Positions 9,430 through 18,271 of a DNA stretch of 64,000 bases are shown here, in pieces. The notes under the pieces were generated by a model that worked only from the letters and a program-made list of their open reading frames with translations, searched no databases and was not told the origin of the DNA. Made by a program: the position numbers and the translations under genes. Source of the DNA: an uncultured Solirubrobacterales bacterium (lineage in GTDB: Bacteria; Actinomycetota; Thermoleophilia; Solirubrobacterales; Thermoleophilaceae). Each line of letters starts with the position of its first letter. Positions within the stretch are counted from its first letter, which is position 1. The stretch covers positions 578,746-642,745 of the forward strand of contig CAVRSX010000002.1 in NCBI GenBank assembly GCA_963724115.1, written 5' to 3'.

Positions 9430-9614
9430 TTGGGCGGTGGGGGCGCGACCGGCGTCGACGTGCGCGGCGGGTAGTACTCGTGGTCCTCGGGCTCGACCAG
9501 CTTCGACAGCCGTTCGCCCGCCGCCAGCACCAGGTTCAGCGCAGGCGCGGCGATCCGGATCACGGTCTCGACCCGCTCGCGGGTGCGCACCTGGTCGGGC
9601 GTCAGGGGAGCCAC
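9426..9614 (-). CDS. Small hypothetical protein (62 aa)
   Basis: Its stop overlaps the start of the downstream membrane-protein gene (GTGA), suggesting translational coupling. No family recognised. Confidence 0.4.
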   Translation of the reverse strand: MAPLTPDQVRTRERVETVIRIAAPALNLVLAAGERLSKLVEPEDHEYYPPRTSTPVAPPPPK

Positions 9615-9658
9615 GCCGGGGACTCTAACTGCCGGCGACCGGCCCCTACACTGAGGTC

Positions 9659-9937
9659 ATGTCCCCAGAAGACCCATTCGGCGGCCTGTTCGGCGATCCC
9701 GATGAGCTCCGCAAGCGCATGGCCGAGCTCGCGGAGCAGATGCAGGGAGCGCAGAAAGTGGCGTGGGCCGACAACGCGATCAAGCTGGCCGCGGACATGA
9801 CCGTGGCGGGCATGTCGCGCCTGAACCTGCAGGGCAACGCCGAGCAGCAGACCCAGGAGCTGCGCACCGCTATGTCGCACCTGTTCCCCGAGGCAGTGGC
9901 CCTGGTGCGCGAGGCGCGCGAGGGCTTCGGCGCCTAG
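9659..9937 (+). CDS. Hypothetical protein (92 aa)
   Basis: ATG-initiated ORF with non-repetitive helical composition, immediately upstream of the hydrolase gene. No family recognised. Confidence 0.45.
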   Translation: MSPEDPFGGLFGDPDELRKRMAELAEQMQGAQKVAWADNAIKLAADMTVAGMSRLNLQGNAEQQTQELRTAMSHLFPEAVALVREAREGFGA

Positions 9938-9943
9938 GCCGCG

Positions 9944-10855
9944 GTGGCCGCCGGCCGCACCGACTCGCCGTTTGACTCCGGCGGGCTCGAGTGCGCTGCC
10001 TGGCTGTACATGCCCGAGGGCCAGGGCCCGCACGCCTGCGTGGTCATGGCGCACGGCTTCAGCGGCGTGCGCGAGCAGCGCCTGGACGCCTATGCCGAGC
10101 GCTTCGCTGCCGCGGGCATGGCGGTGCTGGTGTTCGACTACCGCCACTTCGGCGCCAGCCAGGGCCAGCCGCGCCAGCTGCTGAGCATCGCGCGGCAGCT
10201 GGCCGACTGGCGTGCCGCCGTGGCCCACGCGCGCAACCTGCCCGAGGTCGACCCCAAGCGCGTGGCGGTCTGGGGCACGTCGTTCAGCGGCGGTCACGTG
10301 GTGGAGGTGGCGGCGGCGGACCCGGCCATAGCGGCGGTGGTGTCGCAGGCGCCGTTCACCGACGGTCCTTCGGTGATCGCCGCCGGAGGCGTCAAGATGG
10401 CGCTGAACCTGACCGCGGCCGGGCTGCGCGACGGCGTGAACATATTGCTGCGGCGCGAGCCGTCTTACCTGCCCGCGGTGGGCCGGCCCGGATCGGTGGC
10501 CGTGATGACCGCGCCCGAGGCCGAACCGGGCTTCGCCTCGCTCGATCCCCCCGGGAGCACGTGGGAGAACCGCGTGGCCGGCCGGATCGCGCTCGCCGTG
10601 GGCGGCTACCGGCCGTACGCGAAGTTCCACAAGCTGCGCCAGCCGGTGTTCGTGGCCGTCTGCGACAAAGACGACACCACACCGGCCAAGCCGGCCGTGA
10701 AGGCGGCCGAGGGGTCGCCCAACGCGGACCTGGTGCGCTACCCGATCGGCCACTTCGAGATCTACGTGGACCCCCAGTTCGAGACCACTGTGGCCGACCA
10801 GACCGACTTCCTGGTGCGCAACCTGGTCGGCGGCCGGGTTCCGGTGCCGGCCTAG
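9944..10855 (+). CDS. Alpha/beta hydrolase
   Basis: ACVVMAHGFSGVREQRLDAYAERFAAAGMAVLVFDYRHFGASQG and the nucleophile elbow GTSFSGG are typical of alpha/beta-fold hydrolases. Confidence 0.75.
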   Translation: MAAGRTDSPFDSGGLECAAWLYMPEGQGPHACVVMAHGFSGVREQRLDAYAERFAAAGMAVLVFDYRHFGASQGQPRQLLSIARQLADWRAAVAHARNLPEVDPKRVAVWGTSFSGGHVVEVAAADPAIAAVVSQAPFTDGPSVIAAGGVKMALNLTAAGLRDGVNILLRREPSYLPAVGRPGSVAVMTAPEAEPGFASLDPPGSTWENRVAGRIALAVGGYRPYAKFHKLRQPVFVAVCDKDDTTPAKPAVKAAEGSPNADLVRYPIGHFEIYVDPQFETTVADQTDFLVRNLVGGRVPVPA

Positions 10856-11844
10856 GCAGGCTCGCCGGACACCTTCTCGGCCGCCCGGTCCTCCTTGCCG
10901 CGGGCGATGATCTCCTTGAAGCTGCGCATTCGGAAGATGAAGAACAGCGCCGCGAAGCCGACGGCGAACGCGAAGCCGCCGATGGCGATCTGCTGTCCCA
11001 CCGAGTACGCCGCCACGGTCGCGCCCGCCGCGGTGTCGGCGAACACCTTGGCCAGCAGCGCCTGCGTCACGCCCGCCCCCTGGGGCGTGAACGGCACGGC
11101 CGCGCCGACGGCGTTCACGCCCAGCACCAGCAGCACGTTCTGCACCGAGCCGCCGATGTTGAAGGCCTCCAGCAGGAACCAGAACGCGGCGAACCTGAAC
11201 AGCCAGCCCACGAACTGCACGGCGAACACCTCGCGCAGGTAGCGGTCGCGGTCGTACAGGATCGTCAGCCCCTGGCGCACGCGTGCCCAGAACGCCTTGA
11301 CCCGCATCGACAGCATGGCGAACGCCACCAACGAGCCCACCCCGATGGCGGTCAGCAGGAGCAGCGTGAATTGCGGATGTGAGGCCAGGTACGACAGGTC
11401 GAACGCGTTCAGGTCGGCGAAGTCGGGCGGCTTGGGGAACACGCCCTGGGTGAAGGCGAAGGTCAGGATCAGCACCCCCATGGCCAGGTCGAAACCCGCC
11501 TCCACCGCGAAGCTGGCCGCCACCGCCGGGTAGGAGGACCGCGGCACCGAAGTCTTGGTCAGGAACAGCCGCACCACGTCGCCGCCGCGGGCGGGCACCA
11601 CGGCGTTGAAGCCGTAGCCCGCGAAGTAGGCGCCCCAGATGTCCAGGAAGCGGAACGTCTCGGTGGGGTACGCGGCCCGCAGGATGTTGAACGACGCCCG
11701 CGCCCGGAAGGTCAGGTAGATGCCGAACAGCACCAGCGCCAGCAGCAGAGCGCCGAAGTGCACGTCCGCCAGGTTCGCGAAGAACGAGTCGACCGCATCG
11801 AAGAACGAGCGGAAGGACTCGCCGATGGCGGCAACCGGAGGCAC
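10852..11844 (-). CDS. Flippase-like / lysylphosphatidylglycerol-synthase TM-region family membrane protein
   Basis: Polytopic membrane protein with the characteristic block YFAGYGFNAVVPARGGDVVRLFL (UPF0104 / LPG_synthase_TM style). Confidence 0.65.
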   Translation of the reverse strand: MPPVAAIGESFRSFFDAVDSFFANLADVHFGALLLALVLFGIYLTFRARASFNILRAAYPTETFRFLDIWGAYFAGYGFNAVVPARGGDVVRLFLTKTSVPRSSYPAVAASFAVEAGFDLAMGVLILTFAFTQGVFPKPPDFADLNAFDLSYLASHPQFTLLLLTAIGVGSLVAFAMLSMRVKAFWARVRQGLTILYDRDRYLREVFAVQFVGWLFRFAAFWFLLEAFNIGGSVQNVLLVLGVNAVGAAVPFTPQGAGVTQALLAKVFADTAAGATVAAYSVGQQIAIGGFAFAVGFAALFFIFRMRSFKEIIARGKEDRAAEKVSGEPA

Positions 11845-11850
11845 GTTCGC

Positions 11851-12312
11851 CTACAGATCGGCGAGCGCGGCCAGCACCTGGTCGTCGTGCGTCTTGGGCG
11901 ACGCCTTGGGGATCACGTGGGCGACCGTGCCGTCGCCGTCGATGATGAAGGTCGCGCGCTGGATGCCCATGTACGTCTTGCCGTAGTTCTTCTTCTCCAC
12001 CCAGACGCCGTATGCCTCGAGCACGTCGTGGGAAGGGTCGCCCACCAGCGTGAACTCCAGCCCGTGCTTGCCGGCGAACTTGCGCAGCTTCTTCGGCTCG
12101 TCGGCGCTGACCCCGATCACCGTGGCGCCGGCCTGCTCGTACTCGTCGCTGCGGTCGCGGATGCCGCACGCCTGCGTGGTGCACCCCGGCGTGTCGGCCT
12201 TGGGGTAGAAGTAGAGGACGACCTTCTCCCCCTTGTGGTCGGCCAGGCTGACGGGCTCGTCGTCCTGGTCCTGGAGGGTGAAGTCAGGTGCCTTCTGGCC
12301 GGCTTCGATCAT
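11851..12312 (-). CDS. bcp: Thioredoxin-dependent thiol peroxidase (Bcp-type peroxiredoxin)
   Basis: KAPDFTLQDQDDEPVSLADHKGEKVVLYFYPKADTPGCTTQAC carries the peroxidatic Cys motif. ATG at 12312 forms an ATGA overlap with the fpg stop. Confidence 0.88.
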   Translation of the reverse strand: MIEAGQKAPDFTLQDQDDEPVSLADHKGEKVVLYFYPKADTPGCTTQACGIRDRSDEYEQAGATVIGVSADEPKKLRKFAGKHGLEFTLVGDPSHDVLEAYGVWVEKKNYGKTYMGIQRATFIIDGDGTVAHVIPKASPKTHDDQVLAALADL

Positions 12313-13157
12313 TTGAGCAACTTTGACAGCCGCCGGTCCTTGAGCACCCGGCCCCCCGTCTGCTCCTCGGGGCAATAACACATGACGTAGTCCTTGAAGT
12401 GGATCGCCTCGATCCGCGTGCCGCAGCGGGGGCAGTCCTCACCCGCCCGGCGGTGTACCTGGAGCGGCATCGGCAGCTTGTCCGGCACGGTCGCACCGAT
12501 GACCTGCTCATAGTGCTCCAGCGCGGCGCCCAGGCGCTCGGCGCAGGCCACGCGCAGGCGCTCGCGCTCGTCGTCCTCGAGGTCGGACGCCTTCTTGAAC
12601 GGCGACAGGCAGGCCGTCCACAGGATCTCGTCCACCCACGAGCGGCCGATGCCCGAGATGGTGCGCTGGTCGCGCAGCAGCGGGTGCAGGTGGTGGCTCT
12701 GGTCCATCAGGCCGGCGAAGGTCTCCGGCGCCAGCTCGGGCCACGCGTCCGGGCCGAGCTTGGCGACCGCCTCGTCGGACTCCACGGCGTCCGCGGGCAG
12801 CAGCTTGGCCCACGCGCGCTGCTGCGTGCCGAACTCGCGCAGGCGCAGCTCGCGGCCGTCGTCGAAGCGCAACAGCAGCCGCGACGCGCGGTCGCGCAGG
12901 GACGCGCGCTTCTCCCACACCTGCAACCGCCCCGCCGACATCAGGTGGATCAGCAACGCCAGGTCGCCCAACTCGACCACGAACATCTTCCCGCGCCTGC
13001 GTACGCCGGTGACCTCGCGCCCGGCGAGTACGTCCAGCGGTGGGTCGAACGTCTTCATGGTGACCATGCCCGGCGCCAGCGCCGACTCCACGCGCGCTCC
13101 CGCCACCGCGGCGCCGACACGGCGTGCGGCGATCTCGACCTCGGGCAACTCGGGCAT
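12309..13157 (-). CDS. mutM: Formamidopyrimidine-DNA glycosylase / Nei-family DNA glycosylase
   Basis: Begins MPELPEVE (catalytic Pro2/Glu3) and ends with the zinc finger CPRCGTRIEAIHFKDYVMCYCPEEQ. The longer 400-aa ORF upstream of this Met is non-protein-like. Confidence 0.88.
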   Translation of the reverse strand: MPELPEVEIAARRVGAAVAGARVESALAPGMVTMKTFDPPLDVLAGREVTGVRRRGKMFVVELGDLALLIHLMSAGRLQVWEKRASLRDRASRLLLRFDDGRELRLREFGTQQRAWAKLLPADAVESDEAVAKLGPDAWPELAPETFAGLMDQSHHLHPLLRDQRTISGIGRSWVDEILWTACLSPFKKASDLEDDERERLRVACAERLGAALEHYEQVIGATVPDKLPMPLQVHRRAGEDCPRCGTRIEAIHFKDYVMCYCPEEQTGGRVLKDRRLSKLLK

Positions 13158-13182
13158 GACCACCGAGGCTACCCTGGCCCCG

Positions 13183-13617
13183 ATGCGGATCAGCGTGTCA
13201 GCCGACGAGCGGACCGGGGTGGCCGACGCGGTTGTCGAGCGCCTGCGCGCCCTGGGCCACACGCCGCTGGCGCACGGCGCCCTGGCCGACGGCGAGCGCG
13301 ACGACTGGGCCTGGGCCAGCGAGGCCGCCGCCCGCGACGTGGCCGAGGGCCGGGCCGACCAGGGCATCGTGTGCTGCTGGACCGGCACCGGCGCCTCGAT
13401 CGCCGCGAACAAGGTCGAGGGCGTGCGCGCGGCGCTGTGTGTGGACGCCGAGACCGCGGCCGGCGCGCGCAGGTGGAACGACGCCAACGTGCTGGCGCTG
13501 TCGCTGCGCACGACGAGCCAGGCGCTGCTGGAGGAGATCCTGGACGCCTGGTTCGCGGGCGAGCCCAGCGCCGAGGAAGACGACGCGGCGAACGTCCGCC
13601 ACGTCGACGAGATCTAG
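13183..13617 (+). CDS. rpiB: Ribose-5-phosphate isomerase B (RpiB/LacA/LacB family)
   Basis: MRISVSADERTG...GIVCCWTGTGASIAANKVEGVRAALC...ARRWNDANVLAL matches RpiB blocks. The start is 25 nt from the divergent fpg start. Confidence 0.85.
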   Translation: MRISVSADERTGVADAVVERLRALGHTPLAHGALADGERDDWAWASEAAARDVAEGRADQGIVCCWTGTGASIAANKVEGVRAALCVDAETAAGARRWNDANVLALSLRTTSQALLEEILDAWFAGEPSAEEDDAANVRHVDEI

Positions 13618-13619
13618 AA

Positions 13620-14222
13620 CTAGCGGACGGTCACCGAGGTGCGGGCGGTGCGCGCGTTGCCCTCGAGATCCGTGGCCGTGACCACCACGCGGTAGCGGCC
13701 GGCGGCCGGCCGCTTGAGGCTCCGGGCCTGCGAGCCGGAGACCACTCGCCGGCTGCGCAAGCTCCGAACGGTCTTGCCCCGCCGCGTGAGCTTGACCGTT
13801 ACGCGGGAGTCCTCGGACAGCCGGAAGGCCACCCGGACCGCCTTGCCCGCCTTGGCCGACAGCCGGCTGACCACCGGCTTGACCCGGTCCGGCCCCACCT
13901 GCACCACGCCGTCCATCAGTCCCGGGTGCAGCGTGCACACGTACTTGTAGGTGCCCGCCTTGGGGAACGGGCGGGTGAAGGTCTGGCCTGAGTCCACGTC
14001 GCCCGAGTTGAAGCCCTCCGGCGCACCGCGACTGCTGGTCACCGTGTGCAGAACCCCACCGCGGTTGGTCCATGTGACCGAGTCACCCGGGTCGATCCGG
14101 GCGCGATCGGCGCGGTAGAAGAAGTCGCCGATGCTGACGCTCTGGCTGGCGGCGTGCGCGGGCGCAGCCACCACCAGGGACGCGAGCAGCGTGACAGCGA
14201 TCGTCGTGCGCATGGAACTCAC
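13620..14222 (-). CDS. Secreted cupredoxin (plastocyanin/azurin-like copper protein) with a basic Ig-like C-terminal domain
   Basis: Signal peptide (LLASLVVAAPAHAAS). Type-1 copper ligand pattern HTV...YVCTLHPGLM. C-terminal K/R-rich beta-type domain (GRYRVVVTATDLEGN). The start may be the Met at 14213. Confidence 0.75.
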   Translation of the reverse strand: MSSMRTTIAVTLLASLVVAAPAHAASQSVSIGDFFYRADRARIDPGDSVTWTNRGGVLHTVTSSRGAPEGFNSGDVDSGQTFTRPFPKAGTYKYVCTLHPGLMDGVVQVGPDRVKPVVSRLSAKAGKAVRVAFRLSEDSRVTVKLTRRGKTVRSLRSRRVVSGSQARSLKRPAAGRYRVVVTATDLEGNARTARTSVTVR

Positions 14223-14230
14223 CTTAGATC

Positions 14231-14713
14231 GTGGACAATGGCGGCGTGAAGGTTTCCGCCAAGGCGGACTACGCCGTGCGTGCCGCCGTGGAGTTGGCAG
14301 CGGCCGGCCAGGGCGACCCTGCGCGTCCCGTGAAGGGCGACCAGATCGCGAAAGCCCAGGGCATCCCGATCAAGTTCCTGGAGAACATCCTGCTCGACCT
14401 GCGCCAATCCGGTCTGGTGAACAGCCGCCGCGGGCCCGACGGGGGCTACTGGCTGTCGCAGCCGCCCGAGCAGATCACGGTGGCCGACGTGATCCGCGCC
14501 GCAGACGGCCCACTGGCCAGCGTGCGCGGCCAGAAGCCCGAGGACCTGCACTACACGGGCTCGGCCGAACCGCTGGCCTCCGTGTGGATCGCGTTGCGGT
14601 CGAGCCTGCGCGAAGTGCTGGAACAGGTGACCCTGGCCGACGTGGCCGGCGCCGGGCTGCCCGCGTCGATCACCGCCCGCACCGACGACCCAGACGCCTG
14701 GAGACGGCGCTGA
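14231..14713 (+). CDS. Rrf2-family transcriptional regulator (no cysteines, so not an Fe-S type)
   Basis: VSAKADYAVRAAVELA...IAKAQGIPIKFLENILLDLRQSGLVNSRRGPDGGYWL is the Rrf2 wHTH. An alternative GTG start exists at 14246. It is divergent from the cupredoxin gene. Confidence 0.85.
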   Translation: MDNGGVKVSAKADYAVRAAVELAAAGQGDPARPVKGDQIAKAQGIPIKFLENILLDLRQSGLVNSRRGPDGGYWLSQPPEQITVADVIRAADGPLASVRGQKPEDLHYTGSAEPLASVWIALRSSLREVLEQVTLADVAGAGLPASITARTDDPDAWRRR

Positions 14714-16349
14714 TCCTGCCCAGCCGCCCGTCGTACAGGCGGGCGCTGGCCTTGACCCGGTAGCGCCGGCCGGCCTTGAGCGCCTTGCGCCGGACGGTGA
14801 ACGTGAACGGCTCGGCGCCGTCGCGTCCCCGCCGTGCCCGGCGCTCGCCGCGTCCACGCGACGAGAAGCGGGCGCGCACCACCAGGTCGGCCTCGGCCCC
14901 CCGGATGCGCACCTTGAGCCCGCGCCGAGTGCAGGTCCGCGCCAGCCTCAACTTCGGCTTCGGACCGGAGGGCCGGGCCACGCGCGGCGGCGGGGTGGAG
15001 TCGCGCAGGGCCACCAACCCGCCAAGCACGCCCACGTAGGCAGTGCCGTCGGGGCCGATGCTTACGGGCGCGTAGTTGTTGTTGAAGCCCAGGCCCATCC
15101 CTGCCAGGCGCTTGAACGCCGTCTTGCCGGTGCGGAAGTCCAGCGCCGTCAGGTACCACGGGTCGTCCGCCGGCGTGCGCGTGTCCGGCTCCTTGGTGTA
15201 GGTGTAGACGAGGCCGTTCTGGAGCGAGAGCTTGGGCACCACCGACGGGGCGCGCTCCGTGCTGACCCAGGCGACGCGGCAACCTCGGCCGCCCGGGTTC
15301 AGGTCGACCCGGGCCAGGCCCGGCGTGGTTGATCCGCCGCTGGTGGCGGTCAGGCCGCCGTAGCCGAAGTTGTTCTCGACCACCACAGATCGGGCGGTGC
15401 CGATCAGCGAGTTGTCGGTGGCGCTCGCGCCGGCGCCGAACACGGGCTGGGTGCAGGCGGTGCGTGACCCGCGCACGCGCTTGGCGCGCTTGACGATCAC
15501 CACGTTCATGGGGTCCGCGTTGTCGGTGATCGCCACGTAGTGCTTGCCCATGACGGTGGGCGTGGTGCCCGACCCGACCTGGGTCTGGCCCGGCTTCTTG
15601 ATGCCGGAGTTGGCGTAGGTCTGGCGCCAGCTACGGCGCGGCGTGCCGTCGGCCGCGGCGTCCATCCTGTACAGCGCGTCGTCGGCCGCGATGTACACGC
15701 CGCCGGTCTCGTCGACCGCGAACGAGTTGCTGATCGGCGACTTCAGGTCGGTGCTCCGCGTGCGGCCGCTGGCGGGATCGACCGTGATCACCACGCCGCG
15801 GGTGGACACCACCCAGATCCGCCCCGACCAGTCGGGCATGGCGGCGATGAGCTTGTCGTCGCCCGCCACCAGCGCTGACAGGTCGAAGTCGCGCTGCACC
15901 TGGAACCCGCCCGCGTCCTGGCCCACGATCCGGAGGTGGCGGTCGCTGGTGGGGATGACCGCGCGGTCGCGGTTGTCCAGGTAGAAGTAGCCGCCGCCGC
16001 TGAAGTCGTTGAACGTGTTGGCCGGGCTGGTCTGGCGCGGTGGCAGGTCCATCGTGGCCAGCTCGGCCAGGGTCCCCGCGTCCAACAGCTTGAGCTGCGG
16101 CCGGTCCACGCCCACGCAGATGGTCACGATCCGCCCGCGCGAGTCGAAGGTGACCGACGCACACTCCTTCGAGTAGAAGGTGGACACCCGGCTCATGGCC
16201 CGCCCGAGCGGACCGGGCAGGTCTGCCGTATCGGTCTGGTAGGCGTCGTCGTGGATGTTGCTGCGGTCGTTCGGCGCCATGAACGGGTGACGCGGCGGCC
16301 GCGGGGCCTCGGCCAAGCGACAACGGGTTGGGGGTGGCCGGGCCGCCAA
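14670..16349 (-). CDS. Large secreted-type beta-propeller-like hypothetical protein (body frame; apparent frameshift separates it from its signal peptide)
   Basis: 559-aa ORF with protein-like composition and a basic C-terminal Ig-like tail (RRYRVKASARLYDG). This frame has TGA stops just upstream, so it cannot encode its own signal peptide. See the next feature. Confidence 0.65.
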   Translation of the reverse strand: MAARPPPTRCRLAEAPRPPRHPFMAPNDRSNIHDDAYQTDTADLPGPLGRAMSRVSTFYSKECASVTFDSRGRIVTICVGVDRPQLKLLDAGTLAELATMDLPPRQTSPANTFNDFSGGGYFYLDNRDRAVIPTSDRHLRIVGQDAGGFQVQRDFDLSALVAGDDKLIAAMPDWSGRIWVVSTRGVVITVDPASGRTRSTDLKSPISNSFAVDETGGVYIAADDALYRMDAAADGTPRRSWRQTYANSGIKKPGQTQVGSGTTPTVMGKHYVAITDNADPMNVVIVKRAKRVRGSRTACTQPVFGAGASATDNSLIGTARSVVVENNFGYGGLTATSGGSTTPGLARVDLNPGGRGCRVAWVSTERAPSVVPKLSLQNGLVYTYTKEPDTRTPADDPWYLTALDFRTGKTAFKRLAGMGLGFNNNYAPVSIGPDGTAYVGVLGGLVALRDSTPPPRVARPSGPKPKLRLARTCTRRGLKVRIRGAEADLVVRARFSSRGRGERRARRGRDGAEPFTFTVRRKALKAGRRYRVKASARLYDGRLGRISAVSRRLGRRCGR

Positions 16350-16464
16350 GCTGCTCGGCGTTGCCGGTCAGCGATGTGCGTTCGGGGATGGGCGCCGCCG
16401 CTGCGGCGGCAGGGGCCATCAACGCCGACAGCGCCGCCACCCCGATGGCCCGCACCCACCCCAT
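16300..16464 (-). other. Signal-peptide-encoding segment in a different frame from the downstream 559-aa body (candidate frameshift or pseudogene junction)
   Basis: ATG at 16464 encodes MGWVRAIGVAALSALMAPAAAAAAPIPERTSLTGNAEQLGGPATPNPL. That frame then becomes Arg/Pro-rich junk. The body frame only opens after a TGA near 16368, and a G5 run lies at 16330-16334. Confidence 0.5.
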
Positions 16465-16581
16465 GGGGGCAGCCTACGCTGCCGTGGGCTCGAAGCGCCG
16501 CACCGCGTCCTTGGTGGTGCGAAACCCTAGTAAGCCCGTAGACAAAGGTGGCATTCGGCCATCTGGAAGGATGCGCGCCGG

Positions 16582-17655
16582 ATGGAGATCGTGGACACGG
16601 TCGAGCAGGCCGCCGAGCAGGAGCGCCCGCCGCTGCTGGTTCGCGAGCCGCTGGCCGCCTTCCTGGACCAGCACGGCCTGGGGTCGGGCCCCCTCGAGGC
16701 CGAGCGGATCGGCGAGGGCCACTCCAACGTGACCTACCTGATCCGCCGCGGCGACCAGCGCATGGTCCTCCGGCGCCCGCCGCGGCCGCCGCTGCCGCCG
16801 TCGGCCCACGACGTGTTGCGCGAGGCGCGGCTGCTCAGCGCACTGCAGAGCACCACCGCGCGCACGCCGCGGGTGCTGGCCACCTGCGACGACGAATCCG
16901 TCCTGAGCGGGGTGCCCTTCTACGTGATGGAGGAGGCACACGGCTCGGTGATCACCTCCGCGGTGCCCGAGGCGCTCGACGTGCCCGACCACCGCCGGGC
17001 CCTGGGCCTGGAACTGGTCGACGCGCTGGCCGAGATCCACGCCGTGGACTGGCAGGCAGCCGGGCTGGAGGGCTTCGGCAAGCCGACCGGTTACCTGGAG
17101 CGCCAGCTGCGCCGCTTCAACGGGCTGTGGGAGCACAACAAGACGCGTGAGTTGCCGGCGGTCAGCGAGGTCGGCCAGTGGCTGGCCGACAACCTGCCCG
17201 AATCGGGCCCCTCGACCATCGTGCACGGCGACTACCGGCTGGGCAACGTGATGGTGGGCGATCAGCCCCCCGCGCGCGTGGTGGCGGTGTTCGACTGGGA
17301 GTTGGCCACCATCGGCGACCCGCTGGCGGACGTGGGCTACATGACCATCACCTGGGCCCAGGCGGACGACCCGGAGGATCTGGCCTTCGGCGCGCTGTCG
17401 GCCGCGACCCGGCGCGAGGGCTTTCCCACCCGCGACGAGCTTGTGGCCCGTTACGAGCAGCGCAGCGGGCGCTCGGTGGAGTCGCTGGCGTGGTACCAGG
17501 CGCTGGCCATCTGGAAGGCCGCGGTGTTCATGGAGGGCAACTACAAGGCCTACGCCGAGGGCCGCAGCGACGACGAGTACCTGGCCCTGTTCGACGAGGG
17601 CGTGCCGGCGCTGGCCGAGCAGGCGAAGCAGATCGCGGAGACGGGGTCGCGTTGA
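16582..17655 (+). CDS. Phosphotransferase-family protein (APH / acyl-CoA-dehydrogenase-associated kinase type)
   Basis: GEGHSNVTYLI...VLRRPP N-lobe, catalytic HGDYRLGNVM and DWELATIGDPLADV motifs. Confidence 0.8.
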   Translation: MEIVDTVEQAAEQERPPLLVREPLAAFLDQHGLGSGPLEAERIGEGHSNVTYLIRRGDQRMVLRRPPRPPLPPSAHDVLREARLLSALQSTTARTPRVLATCDDESVLSGVPFYVMEEAHGSVITSAVPEALDVPDHRRALGLELVDALAEIHAVDWQAAGLEGFGKPTGYLERQLRRFNGLWEHNKTRELPAVSEVGQWLADNLPESGPSTIVHGDYRLGNVMVGDQPPARVVAVFDWELATIGDPLADVGYMTITWAQADDPEDLAFGALSAATRREGFPTRDELVARYEQRSGRSVESLAWYQALAIWKAAVFMEGNYKAYAEGRSDDEYLALFDEGVPALAEQAKQIAETGSR

Positions 17656-18269
17656 CCGCTTCGTTGCGCGGCCTCCTCGTCGACTTCGGCGGCGTCCTGA
17701 CCACCAACGTGTTCGACTCCTTCCGCGCCTTCTGCCAGTCCGAGGGCCTGGAAGCCGACGCGTTCCTGAAGCTGATGTCCGAGGACTCCGAGGCGCGGCG
17801 CCAGCTGCGGCGCGTCGAGACCGGGGCGATCAGCGAGGACGAATTCGGCGTGATCCTGGCCGAGAAGCTGGGTGTGTCCGACAGCGAGAACCTGATCGAC
17901 CGGCTGTTTGCCGGAATGCACGCCGACCACGCCATGATCGCCGCGGTCAAGGCGGCCAGAGCCGCGGGCATCCGCACCGGGCTGGTCTCGAACTCGATCG
18001 GCGCCGGCCGCTACGACCGTTCCACGTTCCCCGAGCTGTACGACGGGGTGGTCATCTCCGCCGAGGTGGGCCTGCACAAGCCCCAGCCCGAGATCTTCCT
18101 GCTGGGCGCCGAGCGCGCCGGCGTGCCCGCCGAGCAGTGCGTGTTCGTGGACGACCTGCGCGAGAACTGCGAGGGCGCCGAGGCGGTGGGCATGACCGCG
18201 GTGCTGCATCGCGGTGCCGAGACCACGCTGCCCGAGCTGGAGCGGCTGCTGGGCGTTGGTCTGGCCTAG
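17652..18269 (+). CDS. HAD-family hydrolase
   Basis: TTG start in a TTGA overlap with the upstream stop. Motif I LLVDFGGVLT, motif III K (GLHKPQPEIF) and motif IV VFVDD are present. Confidence 0.75.
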   Translation: MTASLRGLLVDFGGVLTTNVFDSFRAFCQSEGLEADAFLKLMSEDSEARRQLRRVETGAISEDEFGVILAEKLGVSDSENLIDRLFAGMHADHAMIAAVKAARAAGIRTGLVSNSIGAGRYDRSTFPELYDGVVISAEVGLHKPQPEIFLLGAERAGVPAEQCVFVDDLRENCEGAEAVGMTAVLHRGAETTLPELERLLGVGLA

Positions 18270-18271
18270 GC

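Noticed and set aside
9602-12184. 860-aa minus-strand ORF, among the longest in the track.
   Set aside because: It overlaps four independently well-supported genes on both strands: the 92-aa ORF, the alpha/beta hydrolase, the flippase-like protein and bcp. Its translation is low-complexity R/G/P/A-rich with no motif. It is a shadow ORF.
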